A program made the position numbers and the translations under genes. Below are positions 35,081-46,270 of a DNA stretch of 51,562 nucleotides, piece by piece. Within the stretch, counting starts at the first letter, position 1. Each line of letters opens with the position of its first letter. The notes below the pieces were generated by a model. That model searched no databases. It was not told the DNA's origin and was given only the letters and a program-made list of their open reading frames with translations. Location of the stretch: assembly GCF_004010195.1 (NCBI RefSeq), contig NC_057753.1, positions 3,751,514 through 3,803,075 on the forward strand, given 5' to 3'. Origin of the DNA: Chiloscyllium plagiosum (lineage: Eukaryota).

Positions 35081-35890
35081 CCGCCATCTTTGTTGGGAGT
35101 AATGGTCCACCTGACGTACGAGCGACCGCCATCTTTGTTAGGGGTAATATTCAACTGGACGTACGAGCGACCGCCATCTTTGGTGGGGGTAACGGTCAAT
35201 GGGACGCATGAGCGACCGCCATCTTGGTGGGGGTAACGGTCAATGGGACGCATGAGCGACCGCCATCTTGGTGGGGGTAACGGTCAACGGGACGCACGAG
35301 CGACCACTATCTTTGGTGGGGGTAACGGTCAACGGGACGTACGAGCGACTGTCCTCGTTTGGAATAATGGTTGTGGGATATAAATGAATTAATGTTATTT
35401 CTGCAAGTATAAATTCTGATACAGAATAGGAATGAGAAAATACATATTCAGCAAAAAGAAAGCATGAGACATGAATACAGAACAATGGTGGATATATGGG
35501 CAAACAGGAAAGCATCTGTTTCCCCACTATCTTTGGTGGGGGTAATGGTCAACGGGACGTACGAGCGACCGCCATCTTTGGTGGGGGTAATGGTCAACGG
35601 GACGTACGAGCGACCGCCATCTTTGGTGGGGGTAACGGTCAACAGAACGTACAAGTGACTGCCCTCCTTATTGGGAGTAATAGTCAATGGGACATACAAG
35701 CGACTGTCCTCGTTTGGAATAATGGTCAACGGGACATACAAGCAACTGCCACCTTTGTTGAGAGTAATGGTCAACGGTATGAACGAGTGACCGCCGTCTT
35801 GCTGGGAGTAATGGTCAATGGGTTGTCTGACCGAAGGTCATCTTTCGGGGTAGATTTCGGAGGGAACCCTGCTCGTGACCGCCGCGTTTT
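35078..35890 (+). repeat. 45-bp tandem minisatellite (~16 units) carrying YY1 sites
   Basis: Unit gcgaccgccatctttggtgggggtaacggtcaacgggacgtacga. CCGCCATCTT at 35081, 35126, 35171, 35216, 35260, 35569 and 35614; AT-rich interruption at ~35372-35522. Confidence 0.92.
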
Positions 35891-36028
35891 TTTATAGTAG
35901 ACACAATTGAGGTTGGAAGAACACAGCAAGTGTAAATATATGCCTTAGTACGAAGCATTTAAATGATATATTTGTTTCAGTTACTTATAATACAATGCTA
36001 TGCTTAACCATTAACTAACACAGTGGGT

Positions 36029-36614
36029 TGTGTAACCCTTGTGGGGACGGACAGACAGTGGAAAAGTACTGAGTACATCTGACTTGTGAAGATATGCTGA
36101 TGTAAACACACAATAGGAATGACTTTTAACAAAGAGCAGTGTGTACTGGCAGCCTTGGTGGCGGCTGGGAGAGCGAGGCAGACAGCGGGGGTGTTGCCAC
36201 CCTGTGAGTGCACATGCAGGACATGTTGTAGTCTGTGGTTTTAAACAAAAACAAGAACTATTTCGCGCCACCACCTGCAGAAGGGGGTCACATGGGGTCA
36301 GTTATCCAGGAATGCGAGAAGGAGGAGAATGGAGTCAGGTCAACAGTCAATCAAGAAGACAACCACACCTTAAATGCTTGCACAATGTTCTGTGATTACA
36401 TGACGTTTTGTACTGTATAAAAGACTGGGTCAGGGGCAGGATAGGGGTCGGACTTCGTGAACTGACACACTTTGCTGTTTGTCAGGAACGGGAAGACCTA
36501 GACCCAGAGCTCTGTATACTTTATCCACTTACTGCTAAAATAAACTAAGAGTTTGAGACCGATTATCTTCTCCTATTGCTTCATTTAAAGAACACGCAGG
36601 ACTGGGCTCACACA
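36029..36614 (+). mobile_element. Possible solo LTR
   Basis: Imperfect terminal inverted repeats tgtgtaaccc/gggctcacaca, TATA (tataaaa ~36416), AATAAA (~36539); no TSD seen. Confidence 0.4.
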
Positions 36615-36654
36615 TAGAGGAAAGTAAGGTGGTAAATTGAGCCAAAGTCTGACA

Positions 36655-37720
36655 CAAGCCAAGGCAGCATCAGGTGGTGGAGGTCAATGTTTCAGGTGTA
36701 ACCCTTCTTCAGGAATAGAGGTGGGGATAGAGTGGAGCTGCAAGTAAAGAGCAGAGGGGAAAGGGGTGCAATGGTGAGGTAGTGATAGGTGAACACAGGT
36801 GGTGGGTATGACCTGGTTGGAAGGAAGGGTCCATCGGTGGAATGGAAAAGAGGTGGTGGGACTGGAAAAGGACTAAGCTGATGAGAAGGAAGGTTATTTG
36901 AAATTGGAGAACTCAATGTTGAGTCCTCTGGGCTGTCGGCTGCGCAGGCGGAAGAGAAGGTGTTCCTCCTGTTTGCAGTCTAATTCACTGTGATAATGGA
37001 GGAGGCTGAGGATGGACATGTCAGAGAGGGAATGGGAAGGGGAATTTAAATGGGTGGTCAGGCTGGCCCTAGCAGGCCTGGCCGAGATGCTCAGTGAAAC
37101 GTTCCCTTAGTTTATGGTTGGTCACATGGTGTGGTCTTCACTACATCTGATGCACTAAACTAAAGTTGGGGGAGAGGTAGGTGAACCTTTGTCTAACCTG
37201 GAAGGATTGTTTGGGGCTGAAGGTGAGAGGAGTGGTGTATGGCAGGTTTTGCATCTTTTACAATGGGAGGAACAGTGTCTGTGTATGTTTGCGACATCGA
37301 ACAGTCCCTCTTCAGTACATGCACAGGTATTCTTCCCAACTCTTCTGCTGTTACACTGATGACTGCTCCCTGCTCCCAGGTTGGACTGCATCAGTTCGTG
37401 AACCTCACCAAGAACTCTCACCATGCCCTTTAAATTCACTTGGTCCATCTCAGACATCTCCCTCCCCTTTCTTGACCTCTCAGTTTCCATCTCCGGCAAC
37501 AGTCTACAGACTAACATTTACTGTAAATCCACAGACCCCCATAACCACCTGGACTACACCTCCTCCCACTCTGTATCCTGCAGAAACCCCACCCCATCTT
37601 TCCAATTCCTCCATTGGTCGCATCTGCTCTGACAAGGAGACATTCCACTCTCAAGCATCCCACATCCTCCAGCCTCCCGCCTGTCTACTTTTGGATTCCA
37701 GCATCTGTAATTTTTTTTGC
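36655..37720. mobile_element. Penelope-like element with internal inversion: GIY-YIG and terminus on minus, RT thumb on plus
   Basis: Plus: FKFTWSISDISLPFLDLSVSISGNSLQTNIYCKSTD..LDYTSSH. Minus: CKRCKTC and LNIEFSNF. Hammerhead core ctgaagaagggttacacctgaaacatt on minus at ~36686-36714. Confidence 0.85.
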
Positions 37721-37771
37721 CTTGAACAGCATTTATTATAACGGCATAGAGGTCGATAGCCCGGAAACAGG

Positions 37772-38012
37772 TCATAGAGTCATAGAGATGTACAGCATGG
37801 AAACAGACCCTTCGGTCCAACCCATCCATGCCGACCAGATATCCCAACCTAACCTAGTCCCACCTGCCAGCACCCGCCCCATATCCCTCCAAACCCTCCC
37901 TATTCATATACCCATCCAAATGCCTCTTAAATGTTGCAATTGTGCCAGCCTCCACCACTTCCTCTGACAGCTCATTCCATACACGTACCACCCTCTGTGT
38001 GAAAAGGTTGCA
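37772..38012 (-). mobile_element. CR1/HER1 3' tail
   Basis: Near-identical to 14187-14420. Confidence 0.85.
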
Positions 38013-38049
38013 CCTTCAGCTTAACTTGAGAAGGAAACATAATATCAGT

Positions 38050-38625
38050 GACATGGTTTGGAGATGCCGGTGTTGGACTGGGGTGGACAAAGTTAAAAAT
38101 CACTCAACACCAGGTTATAGTCCAACAGGTTTAATTGGAAGCACACTAGCGTTCGGAGCGCCGCTCCTTCATCAGGTGGTTGTGGAGGACACAATTGTAA
38201 AGCATAGAATTTATCGCAAAAATTTACAGTGTGGTGTAAATGAAATTATACATTGAAAAATACCTTGATTGGCTTTTGAGTCTGTCATCTGTTCGAATAC
38301 CTGAATACCATGGTGTTGTCTAGCTAACACCAATTGTTACAGTTATCCTGAGAATGCAACTTCTAAAAAAAAAAGGTTTTGCGAATTACACATGAAAGAA
38401 GTGAATCTATCATGGTATTCAAACAGATGAAAGACACAACAGACAATCAAGGTATTTTTTCAATGTATAATTTCAGTTAGATAACATTGTAAATTTTTTG
38501 CTATAAAGTCTGTGCCTTACAACTGTGTACTCCACAATCACCTAATGAAAGAGCAGCGCTCCGAAAGCTAGTGCTTCCAAATAAACCTATTGGACTATAA
38601 CTTGGTGTTGTGAGTTTTAACTTGA
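38050..38625. mobile_element. Head-to-head family-B PLE ends
   Basis: Inverted arms of ~170 bp; cores at ~38144-38178 (-) and ~38539-38573 (+), each with one core mutation. Confidence 0.8.
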
Positions 38626-39772
38626 TATAGGTGATGCCATGCAGGTAGAAGGAATAGATTGTTGAGAGGTTAACCATAAAACAGAGCATGGTGAGGGCAG
38701 AACCCCTGTTTTGAGGAAACAAGAGTTGTGAAGACTTAAAGACTTTGGTACCTATTACGGTATCTTGCAACTGAAAATGCACTTGATTATGTCAAAGGGC
38801 TGAGTGAAGTGGACTTGGTTTAAAAGTCCATCGGAAGATCCACCTTGGTGAAGCTGGGAGATGAGATCTTGTTCATGTTGTACTTTTAATCACAAGATGA
38901 CAACTCAGCGTAGAAAGTGGCACAATCTATAATCACAGCATGAGTTTTCATTTATATTAAGAAGTTAATTGGGAATATCTAATTTCCTTAGTTTGTCGCT
39001 TATTTGCCCAACACATAGTGTTTATTAATGCTGGTTTTACACTGTCGCTACAATAGAAAATCAGAAAACACACAGGGCCAAATTCAGCCAGAAATTATCT
39101 GTCATCCCTCTGTCTAAGCATCTGTATGCCCTCGTGTGCTACGATCTGGCTGTCCTGCTCACAAAACTGTGCTTGGGTGTGCGATGCCAATATATCAAAC
39201 AAAATCTCTCCGGCTCCGGATTATTTGAGATTGGAAGTAAAGCTGAACAGAGACGGTGCAATGCTCTGGGCTTTCTGATTTGCTGAACGCTTGAGTTGGA
39301 GCTGCTGGTGTTGGACTGGACCACTTACCTAGACAGTTACACAGGAAATATTAGATGAATTTAAACCCAGCTCAACATCTACATTACTAAAAAACTGACC
39401 ACTGCAACTCCCTGCTGACCACTCCTGGCCTAACCTAACACCTTGATTAAATTTGACTGGATTATCCTAATCACCACCAACCTATGACAATCCTAACTTC
39501 TACCCATTTACTCATCTGACTATCCAATGAACCACCTAACCACATCATTCACCTCTCCTTGTACCCACTTAAAGACTCAACCATTTAAACTGGATGTTTA
39601 AACTTACCATACAGCAGCTAGTTCTGTTCCGAGGGTCTTGTCTTGCTGTGACTCCACTAATCATTTTTGCATCCTTTCCATTTTAATAACATCCTTCCTA
39701 CAGCAGGATGACCAGATTGTGCACAGTACCCCAAATGCGACTTTACCAATTTCTTATACAGCTGTAACATGA

Positions 39773-39951
39773 TTAGATTAGATTAGATTACCTACAGGCC
39801 CTTCAGCCCAGCAAGTCCACACCGACCCTCCGAAGAGCAACCCACCCATACCCACTCGCGTTCATATACCCCTTCACCTAACACTGTGGGCAGTTTAGCA
39901 TGGCCAATTCACCTAACCTGCACATTTTTGGACTGTGGGAGGAAACCGGAA
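39773..39951 (-). mobile_element. HE1 3' half
   Basis: (attag)n tail and V-domain end. Confidence 0.85.
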
Positions 39952-40489
39952 CATCCCAATTCTTGTACTCAATGAACCGCTGAAGGGAAGTGTGCCAAAT
40001 ATTTCCTTTGCCAGCTTGTCTCCCAATGACAGCACTTTCAAGGAACTATGTGCCTGCACCCGCTAGGTCTCTCTGTTAGACATCATTCCCCAGGGCCCTA
40101 CCATTAACTGTATATCCTGTGCTTGTTTGTCTCAGATAAATGCAACAAATGCATCTAAGTTAAATTCAGTCTGCCATTCCTCAGCCCGTTGACCCAGTTG
40201 ATCAACATCCTGTTGCACTCTTAGATCAGAGTCGCGAGTATGGCGCTGGAAAAACACAGCAGGTCAGGCAGCATCCGAGGAGCAGGAGAATCAACATTTC
40301 GGGCATCTCCTAGTACTCTTAGATACTCTCCACTGCCTACTCTGCCACCGAATTTGGTGTCATTGTCAAACTTACTCGCCATGCCTCCTGTGTTTGCATC
40401 CAAATTGTTTATATAACTGACAACCAACAGTACCAATTCTAGTGGCACACCGCTGGTCACAGACCTCCAGAAAAAAAGCCAACCCTTCA

Positions 40490-41567
40490 CCTTTACATGG
40501 GATCCAGTGGGAGCTAGCTAATTGGATACAAAGTTGGCCTGAACATAGGAGACAAGAGGGTGTTGGTGACGGAGGGATGCTTTTCAAACTGGAGGCCTGT
40601 GACCAGTGGTGTGCCACAAGGATCGGTGCTTTTCGTCCTTTACATAAATGGTTTGGATGTGAATACAGGAAGTATGGTTAATAAGTTTGCCGATGACCCC
40701 AAAATAGATGGTGTAGGGGACTGTGCAGATGGTTGTCCCAGAGTATAACAGGACCTTAGTCAGATGGGTCATTGAGCCGAGGCATGGCAGGTGGAGTTGA
40801 CTTTAGATAAATGTGAGATTTTGCAGTTTGGTAAAGCAAACCCTGACCAGACATATACAGTAAATGGTAGGGCTCTGGGGAGTTTTGCCAAACAAAGCGA
40901 CCTCTGGGTGCAGGTGCATAGTTCCCTGACAACGGAGTCTCAGGTAGTGAAGATGGCGTTTGGCATGCTTACCTTCATTGGTCAATGCATTGGGCATAGG
41001 AATTAGGATGTCCTATTGTGGTTGTACAGGACAATGGTGAAGCCGCTTTTGGAATACCGCAATCAATTCTGGTCATCCTCCTTTCGGAAGGATGATGGTA
41101 AACTTGAGCGGACGATGTATAAAAGATGTTACTGGGACTGGAGGGTGTGAGCGATAGGGAGATGCTGAATAGGCTGACTCCCCCCTCTTTCCCCCCCCCC
41201 CCCGACCCCAGATCGGTGACCGTATAGAGTTTTATAAAATCATGAGCAGCATGGATAGGGTGAAAGTCAAGATAGTTTTCCCAGGGTGGGGGAGCCCAAA
41301 ACGACAGGATATGAGGAAAGATTTAAAAAGGACCCGAGGGGTCATTCTTTCAAGCAGGGGGTGGTCTGTGTATGCAAAAAGCTGACAGAGGACGTGGTGG
41401 AGGTGCGGTGCTATTACAACATTTAAAAGTTATTTGGATGGGAATACGAATAGGAAGCGTTGACAGGGCTATAGATCAAAATGGAACTAGGTCAGATTGG
41501 GATGTCTGGTTGGCGTGGATGAATTGGACCAAAGTGCCTGTTTCTGTGTGGTATGATTCCATGACCT
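40490..41567 (+). mobile_element. CR1 LINE 3' portion
   Basis: [31 protein letters not shown]. Confidence 0.88.
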
Positions 41568-41649
41568 CCCTCTGTCTTCTATTGTCAAGCCAATTTTGTG
41601 CCCACTTGGCTAGCGCTCCCTGGGATCCCATGTGATCTTGAGGATCTGA

Positions 41650-41962
41650 ATTAGATTAGATTCTCTACAGTGTGGAAACAGGTCCTTCGGCCCAACAAGT
41701 CCACACCACCCCTCCGAAGAGCAACCTACCCAGACCCATTCCCTTGCATTTACCCCTTCACTTAACACTATGGGACAATTTAGCATGGCCAATTCACCTA
41801 ACCTGCACATCGTTTGGACTGTGGGAGGAAACCGGAGCACCCGGAGGAAACCCACGCAGACACTGGGAGAATGTGCAAACTCCACACACAGTTGCCCCGA
41901 GGCGGGAATTGAACCCAGATCTCTGTCGCTGTGAGGCAACAGTGCTAACCACTGTGCCACCC
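41650..41962 (-). mobile_element. HE1-type V-SINE
   Basis: Full reverse-complement copy. Confidence 0.9.
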
Positions 41963-41994
41963 AAACCTGAATACAGGCTGAGGTCACTAGTTAT

Positions 41995-42591
41995 TGTCAG
42001 GAACAACCACTTAACAGATGCTCTTAATAACTTAGGTGGCAATAAAATGGCTCCTCAATACAAATAGTATGACAAAATGGCTTCTGGGCTGCAAATTGAC
42101 AATTCTGCTAAAGGCTGTATAAAAAGGCTTTTAATTCTGCTACAGCTGCATAAGTGACTAACCACAATCTGCTTCAATAGAGATTAGCAGACAATGCTCC
42201 CTTTACAGCATAGAAATAACGAGGCGAGATCAGACATTACTGGCCAGCCTAACCTGACCTTCAAGTGCAGCTGCAGTGGCTCGTTTAATGAGTTAAGGGT
42301 GGCCTGAGTATTGGAAAACAAAGTTGATTCCCAGGAAATATCATTGGACCGAGCAGCTGTCAAATAAAACTATTTTGTTAATTGATTGGTAATTGTGTGA
42401 ATGTACTATACGATTATGGTCTGTACCTTCTTGACTTTGTTTAAACAATGTGTGCAGCTCCTCTGAGGAACACGGAAGTGTATAACCTCTATGTTCCTGG
42501 ACAACCTGTGAATAATAAAGAGTGAGGTCTTAAAGGACCAGACTGATTGCGAGTGTTTATTGACCAGCCGCGGAACCCATAGACCCCAACA
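41995..42591 (+). mobile_element. Possible solo LTR
   Basis: TG...CA ends (tgtcagg / ccccaaca), AATAAA at ~42514; no TSD found. Confidence 0.35.
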
Positions 42592-42884
42592 GGGGTCAAG
42601 ATCTTCAATTTAACTTTACTAACTGGTCTACCATGTGTATTTTAGGTAAGGCATGTTACAGACAGGAAGCTGAAAACAAACCTGACATCAAGATCTGATG
42701 GAGGCGCTCTGTTCAGAAGAACTGGAATATCACCCCTGCCTTTGACTATGGAAAGGGAAAGGTTAGTCACTTCGCTCTCTGGAAAAGGATTTTGGGTTTT
42801 GATGTGACTGGGATATTCACCACCCAGGAGTAACAAACTCAGTCTTAACCTGAACTGAGAAAGGACAGAAGAAACTAAATGGTG

Positions 42885-43460
42885 AGAAGTTATGGAGATC
42901 TGGTGTCTGAGTGCATGATTCACAGAAGGTTAGTTGGCAGATATAACAAGTAGTCAGCAAGGGATAGGGTGGTTACTCTTCAATTATTCGGAGCATTGGA
43001 GAGACTGTCCGAAGCACTGTGTACAGTGTTGGTCATCGTAGGATGTTAATGCATTGGGTTGACGAGACTAATACCTCAGACTGCCTTCTGAGGAAAGGCT
43101 AAACCTGCATCATCTCGACCTCAGAATAGTTAGAGGTGAATTAATTGAAATATATAAAATTCTGAGGGGACTTGAGTGTGTAGAGGCCAGCAGGATATTT
43201 CCTCTTGTGGGACAATCTAGAGCTAAGAGTCAGTTTCCACATAGGCTTTCTCACCCATTTAAGGACAGATGAGGAAACCATTTTTTTTTTTAAGCTTTGT
43301 GGGGTTAAGAGTCTTTGGAATTCCCAGTCTCAAAAAGTAGTGGCTGCAGAGTCTTTAGATAATCTTTCATTCTTCAGTGATCAAACTGTTATCAGGGCTA
43401 TACAGGAATGTGGACTTCAGGTTAAAATCCGAACAGCTACGATCTTGAATTAACTCTTCC
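42885..43460 (+). mobile_element. Old CR1 3' remnant
   Basis: ggagatctggtgtc, cactgtgtacagtgttggtc, and agaggtgaattaattgaaatatataaaatt (RGELIEIYKI). Confidence 0.65.
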
Positions 43461-43604
43461 CCTTGCCACTGATTTTACGCTTAGTTCTTCCAACACCTTC
43501 GACTTTTAAACTCATTTGCTGGATATATTCCTGGAGTTTAAAAGATTAGAAGGCACTTTGATCAAAGATTTCACAATGTTACTTGAAATTGGTAGGGTTA
43601 ATAG

Positions 43605-43792
43605 AGAGTCGAGAGTGCGGTGCTGGGAAAGCACAGCAGGTCAGGCAGCATCTGAGGAGCAGGAGAACAGACATTTCGGGTATAAGCCCTTCATCAGGAA
43701 TCTGATGAATCTGCTGCCTGACCTGCTGTGCTTTTCCAGCGCCACACTCTCTCGACTCTGATCTCCAGCACCTGAAGTCCTCACTTTCTCCT
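43605..43792. mobile_element. Head-to-head family-A PLE ends
   Basis: Near-perfect inverted arms; centre ttcatcag-gaat-ctgatgaa. Confidence 0.82.
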
Positions 43793-43879
43793 TCAGGGTT
43801 GATAAGAGAGGAACGATTTCCGCTGTTTGGAGGAATCCAGGATAAGGGGACAAGGACTGAAATGACAGCCTGTCCTTCC

Positions 43880-44135
43880 AGGAGTGAATGAGGAAATAGT
43901 TCTTCAGGTGAATACTCCCGTTGAGCTTGTGCAGGAGGCTGTGGGGACGGGGAGGTCAGAGTGCAAGTGGGACGGACAGTTAAAGGGACAACTGACGGGA
44001 AACTTAAGGCCCACCTTGCAGACTGAATGGAGCTTGTTCCACAAAGTGACCATCCTGTCAGTGTTTGCTGACTCCCAGTATAGAGCATACAGAATTGGGA
44101 GCAGTGAACACAAGAACTAAACTGCAAGAAGTAAA
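43880..44135 (-). mobile_element. PLE GIY-YIG endonuclease remnant
   Basis: Minus ALYWES...LHSVCK..FPVSCPFN resembles LYIGET...EHLRSV..PVA.HFN. Confidence 0.55.
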
Positions 44136-44279
44136 CTTAAATCACTTTTTGGACCCTCTTTCAAAACCTTGAGAACAATTGGGAGAAAAATACTTTCTAG
44201 CCATTCCTATTCAGGTAAAGCAGATCAGGCCGATTGATAGAAAGTTCAGCTTTATCATCAGAGATAAATCCCCAGTTGA

Positions 44280-44510
44280 CAAAGTGAACATTGTTCAGTT
44301 CCATATGTGATTAACAGTAAAAGCCAACTGCTTTTCATCTTGCTTTCATCGTTGTTCATCTTGCTGGTGTCTCAGCAGTGATTGATAAAATCCCATCTGA
44401 TACACAGCCTCAAAGATTGGTCCCGCTCCAGTGTGAACACATTCATGCATGTCCTGGGAGTAATTTGTTCTCCAGTGCACCATTTGCCCTTCTCTTTCCA
44501 AGTGGTGAGG
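44280..44510 (-). pseudogene. Decayed C2H2 zinc-finger 3' end plus 3'UTR
   Basis: Minus CVHTGAGPIF...GFYQSLLRHQQ. Plus tggtgtctcagcag and the adjacent gttcagt..at.tga segment match the end of gene B (25270-25352). Confidence 0.6.
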
Positions 44511-44584
44511 CTTGAGAATTTCGATAGAGAGAAATGGAGGAACAAGAGTATGTCTTTCAGCCCCTTGAGTCTGTTCACTATCCA

Positions 44585-45410
44585 GAGAGATAGGTAGAGG
44601 GGCAGGTAGCATTGAAGGAGGCATGGAGGCAGCAGAGGGATTTGGACAGGTTAGGAGAGTAGGCAAAGAAGTGGCAGGTGGAATACACCGTGGGGAAGTG
44701 TGAGGTCATGCACTTTGATAGGAAGAATCATGCACTTTGATAGGAAGAATAGAGGCGTGGACTATTTTCTAAATAGGGAGAAAATTCAGAAGCTGGATCA
44801 GTGGTGCTGGAAGAGCACAGCAATTCAGGCAGCATCCGAGGAGCTTCGAAATCAAAAGTCTGAGTGCAAAAGAGACTTTGGAGTTCTCATCTAGAATTCT
44901 CTCGAGGCAAACTTGCAGATTGAGTTAGTAGTTAAGAAGACAACTACGTTTATTTTGAGAAGCCTTGAATGTAAAAACAGCTGCACTTCTGAGGCTCGAG
45001 AAGGCTCTGGTCAGACCACATTTGGAGTGTTGTGCGCAGTTTTGAGCCCCACGTCTTAGGAACGATGTACTGGCCCTGGAGCATGTTCAGAGAAGGTTCA
45101 CGAGAATGGTCCCAGGAATGAAAAGCTTAACATATAAAGTACGCTTGTGAACTCTAGGTCTATAATCAATGGAGGATCTAATTGAAATTTACAGAATACT
45201 GAATGGCGTGGACAGAGTGGATGTTGGGAGGATGTTTCCATTGGTAGGAGGGACTAGGACCCGAGGGCACAGCCTTGGAGTAAAGGAACAGAGATGAGGA
45301 GAAACTTCTTCAACCAGAGAGTGGGGAATCTATGGAATTCACTGCACAGAAGGCTGTGGAGGCCGGGTCATTGAGTATATTTAAGACGGAGATAGAGAGG
45401 CTTTTGATTG
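44585..45410 (+). mobile_element. CR1 LINE 3' portion
   Basis: KCEVMHFDRKN, LVRPHLECCAQF, FFNQRVGNLWNSL. Confidence 0.85.
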
Positions 45411-45414
45411 TTAG

Positions 45415-45765
45415 CTCAGACAATGCATTGAAGGTGTGAGGTTAGAGTCTGTTTGTATTCCAAGCTGAGCCGAGATGTCACCTTTTTGTTTTAATCTCGG
45501 GAATGTGACTTGAAAGAAGTTCTGGGATTCATATGTTAATGAATTGAAATCTGCAACCCATTCGACAAGATGAAAGACTTAACAGCAATCTAGCTTTGTT
45601 CAATACATCACATCAGTTGTATGACATGATGATGTTTTGCTGTAAAGTCTGTGTCCTATGATCCTGCCCCACTAGCTACCCGACAAAGGTGCAGCATTCC
45701 AAAATCTTGTACTTCCAAATAAACCTGTTGGACTATAACCTGGCGTTGTGCGATTTTTAACCTTG
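45415..45765 (+). mobile_element. Family-B PLE terminal region (degenerate core)
   Basis: Ends ccaaataaacctgttggactataacctgg...tttttaac. Confidence 0.75.
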
Positions 45766-46004
45766 ACACGGTTGGCAGTCCTGGCTTTGTAGATAACATC
45801 TATGCAGTCGAAAGTTTCTGACCTAGGTCTTCAGTGGGACTGAACAGAACCTCAAATCAGTGAACACACAGGGCAGGACTACTGTAAGGCAGTGTGATTG
45901 TCTCCCCCTCTTTCCTTCTGTGAAGTCGCTCTGCTGCATCAATAAGACACTGGGTGTGAATAGCTAATGTAGCTTGAAGAATAAGTTGTCTTCATGCTGA
46001 GCAA

Positions 46005-46270
46005 TTGATGTGGAGGAGCCAGTGTTGGATTGGGGTGGACAAAGCTAAAAATCACAACACCAGGTTGTAGGCCTATAGGCTTATTTGGAAGCACTAGCTT
46101 TTGGAGTGCTGCTCCCTCATCAGGGAGCTGTGGAGCAGGACCACAAGACACAGAATTTTACAGAAAAAGATTACAGTGTGATGGAACTGATATGATGTAT
46201 TGAACAAACCTAGATTGCTGTTAAGTGTGTCATCTTTTAGAATGGGTTGCAGGTTTCAGTTCATTAATAT
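46005..46270 (-). mobile_element. Family-B PLE terminal region
   Basis: Minus ctgatgagggagcagcactccaaaagctagtg at ~46092-46123. Confidence 0.75.

Larger units (their letters stand above)
39660..41640 (-). mobile_element. Degenerate CR1 (host) carrying nested HE1, PLE and CR1 insertions
   Basis: Minus WRSVTSGVP..SKFDNDTKF at 40330-40490; the upstream continuation resumes at 41570-41640. Confidence 0.7.

Noticed and set aside
34407..35211. 190-aa and 137-aa ORFs over the CpG island (also 7204-7749)
   Set aside because: GC-rich, stop-poor promoter DNA with low-complexity translations and no domains.
35026..35897. Repetitive ORFs (TPTKDGGRSYVPL; DVRATAIFGGGNGQ) and CRISPR-like periodicity
   Set aside because: By-product of a 45-bp unit (a multiple of 3). 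There are no unique spacers or cas genes, and the context is eukaryotic.
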